Source: Octopus bimaculoides
Taxonomy: Eukaryota
DNA length: 46,786 nucleotides
Direction of reading: 5' to 3'
Assembly (NCBI RefSeq): GCF_001194135.2
Contig: NC_068984.1
Coordinates: 5,194,705-5,241,490, forward strand
The notes beneath the pieces were generated by a model. It saw nothing but the letters and a program-made list of their open reading frames with translations, searched no databases and was not told the DNA's origin. Positions 38,211 to 46,786 of the stretch are shown here, one piece after another. The position numbers and the translations under genes are program-made. Each line of letters starts with the position of its first letter. The stretch's first letter is position 1.

Positions 38211-40464
38211 TGGTTAGGGGTACACTCACTACGGCTGTTTTAGACGTGTTGTTATATATTGATAGATAAAATGACTACATAATGTGAAAAAACCATCTTC
38301 CTCAGGTGAATATATGCATGGATTAAACATTATAAAAAAGAATTCTACTAATCGAAGGTTCAGCCTTCAGACTCGTGGTAGATTCAATCCGACGTTTGTG
38401 ATCGTACATGCAAATGGAATATAAGTTCGTATTTACTTTGGTATATATACGCATGTATTCCTCGAATGTTATTGTGTATACAAGAGTGACTTCATTGACC
38501 CGACCCTGGCGTTTTATTTTTTAAGAACCTGATTGACTTGAATCCTGAACTTTTTGATATACATATATGTATATATATATATATATATNNNNNNNNNNNN
38601 NNNNNNNNNNNNNNNNNNNNNNNNNNNNNNNNNNNNNNNNNNNNNNNNNNNNNNNNNNNNNNNNNNNNNNNNNNNNNNNNNNNNNNNNNNNNNNNNNNNN
38701 NNNNNNNNNNNNNNNNNNNNNNNNNNNNNNNNNNNNNNNNNNNNNNNNNNNNNNNNNNNNNNNNNNNNNNNNNNNNNNNNNNNNNNNNNNNNNNNNNNNN
38801 NNNNNNNNNNNNNNNNNNNNNNNNNNNNNNNNNNNNNNNNNNNNNNNNNNNNNNNNNNNNNNNNNNNNNNNNNNNNNNNNNNNNNNNNNNNNNNNNNNNN
38901 NNNNNNNNNNNNNNNNNNNNNNNNNNNNNNNNNNNNNNNNNNNNNNNNNNNNNNNNNNNNNNNNNNNNNNNNNNNNNNNNNNNNNNNNNNNNNNNNNNNN
39001 NNNNNNNNNNNNNNNNNNNNNNNNNNNNNNNNNNNNNNNNNNNNNNNNNNNNNNNNNNNNNNNNNNNNNNNNNNNNNNNNNNNNNNNNNNNNNNNNNNNN
39101 NNNNNNNNNNNNNNNNNNNNNNNNNNNATATATATATATATATATATACACACATAAATACTCATATGGGGCTATATACAAAGTTGTGTTTATATACAAA
39201 AAGAAAACCATTTCCTCCTTCCCAGTCTTTATCAATTAACCACTTCATATTATGATGCAGTGTAACACGAAATTCGGACACAGATGTTACTCTCGCTTCG
39301 CCATTTACTTTAGACCCCATCATTCCTCACATCTATAGATAATACGGATCCCACAACATACATGTGCGTGTGTATTCGTATTTACTACCTCCGATGCCAT
39401 CCAATTATCTCATTCTTTGTGGTGAATAAACTGGATCAAAGGAATCTATCACATTCTTCATGGACCGGAAGTAGTTTGGCTCAGAGCATCTGTTGACAAT
39501 CTGCTGCAACAAATAATTTAATACAGTAAATTATTGCTTTCATATCTATAGAATATAATGACGTTTAATAGATGGTGCCAGTCATAGCAGCAACATCCTT
39601 ATCTCGACTTCTGCCAGAAATTTTCTGTGAATAGCACTAATGCTATTTTCATTCTTCCTACCATTTATTCCAGTCTCACAAACAACCTTCTCTGATTTCC
39701 AAACACCTTGTTGTCTTCATGGTTTTAGAAATAAAGTGAAGATTTGATACAAGACCCTAAATAAGATTTATATGATACAACGGTTATTCCTTTTATGAGA
39801 TTATTTTCCTGGAGGCATCCACAATTATTTTTAGTTATTTCCAAAGAGTGAAATCCGTGTAATTTGAACCTCGCTTCAAGAAGATAACCAAGTTGTCACA
39901 AAACTCCGCAATCTCAGACTGCAAATCCAAATGAAATAAGATCGTTTTACATAAATGCTTTTCTGTAAAATTTTATTTGTTTAGAAATTAAAATATTTAT
40001 AGCCAAGAATCGAAAACAAATTTTGGATGTAGCTTATTCAGTGCTTCTATATGGCGGTCACGTGTTCTGAAGCAAACCATATCGTCTGCGACCACTCATT
40101 GTATGAATCATTTATTAAGTTTGTCTTTTCTCTCAGTTTCCATCAGACATTCTATGCTTTCTAACGCTTCCATTTCAATTTAGTGTTCTTTCCTTTTTCC
40201 ATTTTTCTTTTTAAAATTCTGAATTACTCGCTAATTAATAATTGATGAGTCAAAGAAATAGCAACAAATTGTAGCAGCATTAGAAAATGTTGTTAACATA
40301 GAAGAAACACTTCTGTATTTGATAAGTAATTTCATGCAAAACAGCGCCATTTCCAACACTTCCTCAAATACATTGGTTGATATAATTCAAAACTCAGAAA
40401 TATGGTTTCTAAAGGAAGCATTTAATTGCACAGAACGTATATGCATTTTTGGTGAGCTATCTAC

Positions 40465-40661
40465 CTGTGGTACCCAACCTTCTTAATATCCAGGCACGAT
40501 CCAAGACCTGGGTGTTTTTAAGGGTGGGAGCGCAAAAAAAAAGTGAAACACAACTGAGTTAAAGAAAAAAATATATTTACAGAGGGAAGACCATCGAGCG
40601 CCTCCGGAAGGGCTCCTGAGGGGAGGCATGCGACCCTGGGCGCCGCTGTTAAGAACCGCTG
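40465..40661. mobile_element. Possible hAT (Charlie-like) MITE
   Basis: Right end GTTAAGAACCGCTG followed by GTCTATAC (NTCTAGAN-like); degenerate left end CTGTGGTACCCAACC; the 8-bp flanks do not match cleanly. Confidence 0.4.
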
Positions 40662-40698
40662 GTCTATACTGTTCATGTAGTACTTTTCCCAATAAGTG

Positions 40699-41190
40699 AA
40701 GGCACGGTTGTGTGGCTTAGAAACTCACTTTGCGACATGGTTTCAGGCTCGGTCCCACTGCACAACACTCAAGCGTCGTGCAGTGGGACCGAATTATTAA
40801 TTCAAATTCCGCTGAGGTCGACATTGCCTTTCATCCTTTTGAGTGTCGATAAATTAAGTACCAGTTGCATACTGCGGTCGACCTAATCAACTGGTCCTCT
40901 CCCTAAATATTTTGTAAGTGGATTTAGTAGATGGAAACTGAAAAAAGCCTGTCGTATATATATNNNNNNNNNNNNNNNNNNNNNNNNNNNNNNNNNNNNN
41001 NNNNNNNNNNNNNNNNNNNNNNNNNNNNNNNNNNNNNNNNNNNNNNNNNNNNNNNNNNNNNNNAACTTAGCGGTTCGGCAAAAAAACCCTGATAGAATAA
41101 GTCCTGGTGGTCGATTTGCTCCACTAAAGGCGCTGCTCCAGCATGGCCGCAGTCAAAATGACTGACACAAGTAAAAGAATAAAAGAATAT
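40699..41190 (+). mobile_element. Chimeric SINE: AC head, fold-back, family B fragment (40799-40912), AC body end, gap, AC tail
   Basis: Segment-wise homology to the AC and B copies; 15-bp perfect inverted repeat at 40749-40763 / 40778-40792. Confidence 0.75.
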
Positions 41191-41191
41191 G

Positions 41192-41484
41192 TCTGAAGTG
41201 AAAGTTCAGTAGTTCGAGTATACTCCTTACAATCGTCAGGTTGTGGGTTCGATTCCTGCCGCACATTGTGTTCTTGAGCAAGACACTCTACTTCACGTTG
41301 CTCCATTACATTCAAATGGCAAAAATGAGTTGTACCTGTAATTCATAAGGGGTCAGCCTTGTCACATTCTGTGTCACGTTGAATCTCCGTGAGAACTATG
41401 TTAAGGATACGTGTCTGTGGAGTACTCAGCCACTTGTATGTTAATTTCACGAGTAGGTTCGGATCAACTGGTACCCTCGTCGTA
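41192..41484 (+). mobile_element. SINE family D
   Basis: B-box GGTTCGATTCC at 41246-41256; body CCTTGTCACATTCTGTGTCACGTTGAATCTCC..GTGTCTGTGGAGTACTCAGCC. Confidence 0.85.
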
Positions 41485-41530
41485 TATATACACATCGCCA
41501 TATATAACTGGCCATATTTTGTGCAATTTC

Positions 41531-41889
41531 GAAGGTCGAATTTGCCTTCCATCTTTGCAGGGTCGATAAATTAAGTACCATTTACGTACTGGGTCGATCT
41601 AATCGACTGCCCCTCTCCCCCAAAATTCGGGCTTTGTGCATAAAGTAGAAAAGAAAAGATTTTTTTTGTGTTCGAAGGCTGCGACCAGGCAGAAACGTTA
41701 GCTCACAGGGTGAAATGCTTAGCGGTATTTCGTCTGTCTTTACGTTCTGAGTTCAAATTCCGCCGAGGTCGACTTTGCCTTTCATTCTTTCGGGGTCGAT
41801 AAAATTAAGTACCAGTCGCGTACTGGGGTCGATCTAATCGACTGGACCCCTCCCCACAAATTTCAGGCTTGTACCTAGAGTAGAAAAGA
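41531..41889 (+). mobile_element. SINE family B: 5'-truncated copy plus full copy inside one 17-bp target-site duplication
   Basis: ATATTTTGTGCAATTTC at 41514-41530 and 41890-41906. Confidence 0.92.
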
Positions 41890-42495
41890 ATATTTTGTGC
41901 AATTTCAGTCTGTGAAGAAGCACGAACGGTTAAATATATTACAGCACTTTCTGCAGTGTTTATACGAGTGTATACGCACTCGTGTAAAAGTCATATCCCT
42001 AATTCAGTGTTAAACCTTAGGTAAATGTTTTCATCTCATATTCAAACTTGATATCAAGTTTGTCCCTGATCTTTTTCAGTTAAAATCGAATACAATGCAG
42101 GAGGAAATACAGAGAGTTATTTTACAATGATTTTAAGTCATGTTCAATTCCCTCCGGAGAGACAGGCTTCACCATCGTTTCCCTTCTGGAGATAGGGAGA
42201 TATTTTAATTAAATATCTGTTAGTCAAGTAAGAGGCTGATTTAGTCACATATGTTTTCGTTCCAATATCGGTGAAGTTGTATCTCTGTTCCAAAGCACTA
42301 TAATTGTGTTAGTCGTATGTCCTCGCAGACTAAATCTAACACTCATTGCTGGCTTCTCTGGTGCTTCAACAGAAGAAAATGGTTTCTTAGTTTGTTTGCA
42401 TTATTCATAAAAGAGATCAATCATTATTCTTTTTGCTGCATGACATTTTAGAAGATATAAGTAGGTAAACATACAGATAGACATGTGTGTGTGTG

Positions 42496-42533
<38 letters not shown>

Positions 42534-43074
42534 TGTGTGTGTATACACATAGATAGATGGATGGTAGAGTGTAAGATAGATGGAGAGTAAGGTAAATTGA
42601 TAGATAGATATGTAGATATAACAACGATGAGGAGAAGGTAAATATATATGTCGAATGAATAAAGGATAGAAAGTGAGAGAGAATGAATAACAGCGAAAGA
42701 GTGAGAGAGGGGGGCGGAGGGAGGGGAGAGAATCATGGAAAGAGATAGGTAAATAGATAAGCGATTTATAAAGAATTAAGAAATAAAAATAGTACGCAAA
42801 ATTGAATAAGTCTATAAGAAAGAGGGAGAGAGAGAGAGAGAGAGAGATGTAGAAAGAGCGAGAGGGAGTATGAAGACGTAGAGTGTATAAGAAGAGAGAG
42901 GCGAATGAAAGATAGAGGTAAGATCTATATAAATAGGCCGGCCAATGAATAAATGGCTTTTTTTCCTACTTTTCTCTTATTCTTCGTTCCTTTCTTGCTT
43001 TCTTTCCCTCTTTCTTTCTATTATTTATTTACTCCTTTCTTTCGTTGTCCCTCTCGTAAATGACAACTTCTCAT

Positions 43075-43175
<101 letters not shown>

Positions 43176-43577
43176 TTGTTTTTATTTTTTGCTTTTCTCT
43201 TTTATTTTTTTTTTCTAATTCCAAAAATTTGACAGCTTTGCTGATATTTGAGATTAACAAAACAAATATGTTGATGATGAGCAAGAGTACTAGAGTACTA
43301 GAGTACTAGAGTACTAGAGATGAAGAAAGAAAAACAGAAAGACAAAAGAAAACTCACACTAAGCAAACATAACCGTAAGGAAAACAGAGAAGAAGAAGAG
43401 CAGGAGAAGAAGAAGAAGGAATAACGAGAAGAGGAAGGACAAAATTAAGATGATGATGATGAAGAGGAGGAAAGCGGGAAGGAGGTGGAGATGATCATTT
43501 TGTTACAAAGAAATGTTATATATATATATATTCACATACACACGCATATATATATGTATATAAATATATATATACGT

Positions 43578-43834
43578 AGTGAAGTATATTTTACACTTAA
43601 ATGTGGCCAACTCTTATGGGTGGATGATACTGTAGCTTGTAGCCCCAGGGATACACCTCCTCCAGCTGGCTGTTAACACTCCTTCTGTTCCCTATCAGTA
43701 TTTGCAAAGGGAAGCCATTCTTCCCATTTCCAGCCTGACGTGATACACACGGACCCGAGTTTCTGGGTATTGACCCGTCATCAGCGTGTAACAATCACCG
43801 GTTGTCGATGGGAAGTGGTTCTCAATGCAAATAC
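43578..43834 (-). mobile_element. About 257-bp non-coding dispersed element carrying a hammerhead ribozyme (Penelope-associated or retrozyme-like)
   Basis: Roughly 70% similar by eye to 29883-30058 and 29682-29815; both ends abut TA-rich sequence; no ORF with recognisable product. Confidence 0.7.
43740..43798 (-). ncRNA. Minimal type I hammerhead ribozyme; predicted GUC cleavage between 43752 and 43751
   Basis: GTGAT-TGTT-ACACG-CTGATGA-C-GGGT-CAAT-ACCC-A-GAAA-C-TCGG-G-TC-CGTGT-GT-ATCAC: complete CUGANGA, GAAA and UH core; stem I 5+5 bp with internal loop; stem II 4 bp; stem III 2 bp. Non-canonical C10.1-A11.1 apposition. Confidence 0.82.
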
Positions 43835-43871
43835 ATATATCCTCAGAGATTTCTTATATATATACATACAC

Positions 43872-43955
<84 letters not shown>

Positions 43956-43976
43956 GTATGTATGCATGTATGTATG

Positions 43977-44029
43977 TAGGCGCAGGCGTGGCTGTATGGT
44001 AAAGATTTTGCTCTCCAATAACATGGCTG
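43977..44029 (+). mobile_element. SINE family AC head fragment
   Basis: TAGGCGCAGGCGTGGCTGTATGGTAAAGATTTTGCTCTCCAATAACATGG. Confidence 0.75.
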
Positions 44030-44390
44030 CTAACAAAGTAACAAGACTTTTTTTAAGTTAAGAGAGTTCCTGGTGTTTGTAAATCTGTGGTCGAGTTGGT
44101 GTGTTGGTTCAACTGTCGATGTATACACCTGGGCCTCTGCATCTGTTCGCATAAGAATCTCGCATGGAGAATATTTGGAACGTCTTACACATTTTCACTG
44201 TGCTACTAATCGATTGAAATTGCAGAATCTGCCTCAATTTCTTTTGGTCTTTTACCGTGAACCGAATATTTATAGATTTTTGTGTAAATTTGTTGGTACA
44301 TTACCTGATGCATCTTTGATGATGGGTAGAAATGAAGATTCATAATCAGGGTACAAGAGCTGTAAGTTCCTCATTAATTCGCCATATGTA
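44030..44390 (-). mobile_element. R4/Dong-clade non-LTR retrotransposon, 3' end of restriction-like endonuclease ORF plus putative 3' UTR
   Basis: TYGELMRNLQLLYPDYESSFLPIIKDASGNVPTNLHKNL*, then frameshifted LQFQSISSTVKMCKTF; homologous to 45845-46350. Confidence 0.78.
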
Positions 44391-44524
44391 CACGTGTATG
44401 TATGTATGTATGTATGTATGTATGTATGTATGTATGTATGCATGCATGTATGTATGTACACGTGTATGTATGTATGTATGTATGTATGTACACGTGTATG
44501 TATGTATGTATGTATGTACACGTG
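44391..44524. repeat. (TATG)n array punctuated by CACGTG at 44391, 44459, 44491 and 44519
   Basis: Read directly. Confidence 0.95.
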
Positions 44525-45844
44525 AATTTGTACTTGTGACTTCTTAAATATTCCTAATTTTATGCTCTTTCCACCATTCGGTCGTGGCCATCGTCGCTAA
44601 AAGTGGGACAGAATTCACAACCATTTCTGATTTTCATACATTAGGAAATACGTCCATGATGAGGTGGAGCATATTGAACATGGTGGAACACTTAAAGATC
44701 ATGGTGAAGCAATTCCCGGTTGCCAGATTGAATTTGTTGGAAAGAAACAATTTTCTTTACTTTTGTTCATTGGAAATGCTCTCCTGAAGAACATAAACTA
44801 ATTCATAATTTTAAAGGAAAAATAAATAATTACAGCCATAAATAATAGATTAAACAAACTATCAACATCCGATGGTGTCAACCATGGTTTTGTATATTTG
44901 ATATGGCAAAAGATTTAGTTAAAAAACGTAAAGGAAAATTTTAAAAAATGGAAATAATCACGTTTGAATTTCATTTCTCCGAGGAAAACTTGTCACAGCA
45001 TTTTTATGTTAGAAGTGAAATGTTGAAATTTCAGGTGTTAACCCAAGTTATCTAGATGACACCACAGTTGGCAGCTAATCATAGTGTATTTGCGAAATGC
45101 CCATCTTCAAGAGTTACTATGCTTCATAAATTTTCGGTTTCTCATTCGAATTACAGCTGCAAAATTGTGAAAGAAATTAGTGTTCATATAAAGAAATGGA
45201 AGATGAAAGTTTTTGGGAAATATTATCCGGTTCTTTTTATGGTGGTGGATACATCCATCCTTACTGCCAACCGGTTAACATTCGAGCAGTTACCTTCGAA
45301 AAGCTACCTTCGCGAATAACACTGGATAAAAAATATTGGGTACATCTTTAATATCATTTCTATGATTCTGATGGATTTTGGATTCTAGAACAAATAAAGA
45401 AGAAAAAAAAAAACGCACTGCCATATTTGTTGAAGACTTTTGTTTTCCCATAATTGGTTAACATAGGACCTTAATTTTTTAGAATTGCACCAGTCAGTAC
45501 AAATTGGCTTCTGGTCTTCGTTCTCAGTGATGGTCATTTTGTCCATTTTTTGTTCCAACATTATCAAGAAATGTTAGCACGTGTTTCGAACCACAGTTGA
45601 GCGAGTAAACGTAAGATCACCAGGCACGGTGAAAGAGAGGCACGATCTGTTAATGTATTGGTCACTTTTGCTTGATGGTGAGACATCTGTCTTGGAGGGG
45701 ATCAAGATTTAGCTGATCGATCTAGTCCGTTACAATAACTATGCTACTGAGATGGAGAAGGACATCTTTGCATGCAAGTGACTATCCTGGAGTGCCGTAC
45801 GTATTTCTGTTCTCAAGTTCTTCCTCTGAAGAAGAAGCTGGTTT

Positions 45845-46350
45845 CTAACAAAGATACAAAGCTTGTTTTTTTTTTACTGTTCCGCTTTCAGATTGTGTTT
45901 GTAATGCGCAAGTCAGTTGGTCGATTTCTTTTTCTGTAAACCCTAGACTATCCAGTTTGTCACTCAGGTATTTACTCACAAAACCAAATGTACCAATTTT
46001 TATTGGTACAAATATGAATTTATAATCTGGATATAGAAGCCAGTGGTTTAGAAGCAGATCTCCACAATTATTCTCTTTCTCTTTGAGTTTCAAAGAGATG
46101 GTCACATCAGCTTACCTCATTGTCGGTACATAATTTTCTTGTCCGTCCTAAACAAATCTATCTTGCTTGTTATGTTTACATTTGGCAAATCTTTTAATGG
46201 AAATGTTCCACCAGTATTCCTTATGCTGATGTTTGTGCATGTATTCAATAAGACAGGAATTCTCTGTATCTATTCCAGGACAATCTTTTCTCCGAATGGC
46301 GTTGTATATTGTTTTTGCGACAACGTCGGGTCGCATCGGGAGGTAGTAAC
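45845..46350 (-). mobile_element. R4/Dong-clade non-LTR retrotransposon, restriction-like endonuclease domain, 5'-truncated
   Basis: One frame with two stops: YYLPMRPDVVAKTIYN..KEYWWNISIK..KCKHNKQDRFV*DGQ..*ADVTISLKLKEKENNCGDLLLNHWLLYPDYKFIFVPIKIGTFGFV..LGF..LQTQSESGTVK. Matches the RHD, HNxPD, ExK, LG motif order of RLE domains. Confidence 0.85.
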
Positions 46351-46372
46351 TATGTATGTATGTATGTATGCA

Positions 46373-46652
46373 TGATGGACTGGACACCTTATTAGAATTA
46401 ACGATAGCAGGATCCCCAAGCAGATGCTATATGGGGAACTTGTGAATGGAAAGAGGCCCCGGCAGAAACCAAGGCTGCGTTTTAAGGACTGTGTCAAGTC
46501 CTCGTTAAAGGCCTGTAGTCCGACTGGTAGAGCAATGCCTGTCATTAGCCACCAACGGAGTCGCAAATGCAAAATATAAGTTAGTCCTAGAGAGCACAAG
46601 GTTCCTAAAGATCAGCAATGGTCTTCCTCGGTCACGAGTGGATGGCCATCAT
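46373..46652 (+). mobile_element. RTE-clade LINE 3' end, 5'-truncated, followed by (GTAT)n
   Basis: WTGHLIRINDSRIPKQMLYGELVNGKRPRQKPRLRFKDCVKSSLKAC is the standard RTE ORF C-terminus. Confidence 0.9.
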
Positions 46653-46730
46653 GTATGTATGTATGTATGTATGTATGAATGTATGTATGTATGTATGTAT
46701 GTATGTATGTATGTGCGTATGTATGTATGT
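46651..46730. repeat. (TATG)n microsatellite
   Basis: Read directly. Confidence 0.96.
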
Positions 46731-46786
46731 CTTTCTCTTTTAATTCGGATTAAATTTTGACCGGCCACCAACTCGGTAGGTCTTTC

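Noticed and set aside
596-39255. Numerous long ORFs containing X-runs and YI/CV/TH dipeptides
   Set aside because: Artefacts of N-gaps and dinucleotide repeats.
39240-40460. AT-rich repeat-free stretch that might be a decayed transposase
   Set aside because: Stops in the frames examined and no diagnostic motif recognised.
41192-41262. tRNA gene (B-box GGTTCGATTCC)
   Set aside because: No cloverleaf acceptor stem; continues into a SINE body. The same applies to the other SINE heads.
45825-45855. CTGAAGA followed by a hairpin
   Set aside because: No GAAA after the stem; not a hammerhead.

Overview
Eukaryotic, AT-rich, microsatellite-dense, repeat-dominated DNA with about 19 N-gaps (roughly 6.7 kb), almost all bordered by simple repeats. 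The SINE repertoire and repeat texture look like Octopus (pattern recognition, not a database result). I found no confidently identifiable host gene, rRNA, true tRNA or CRISPR array; the long ORFs in the track are translations of microsatellites and N-runs. Recognisable content: about 25 tRNA-type SINE copies in four or five families; decayed non-LTR retrotransposons (Tx1/L1, two RTE, CR1/L2, two R4/Dong-like endonuclease fragments); a Tc1/mariner remnant with DD36E spacing; a TIR-complete Tc1 deletion derivative. The best unexplained signal is a non-coding dispersed element of about 250 bp carrying a minimal type I hammerhead ribozyme at the tip of a long rod-like stem. One copy has an intact core (43740-43798, minus). 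A second, core-mutated copy (29920-29978, plus) sits next to an inverted partial copy, as expected for a Penelope-associated or retrozyme-like family. Secondary signals: one SINE family repeatedly inserted into the heads of its own copies (4 cases), and two divergent R4-like fragments with similar junction contexts.
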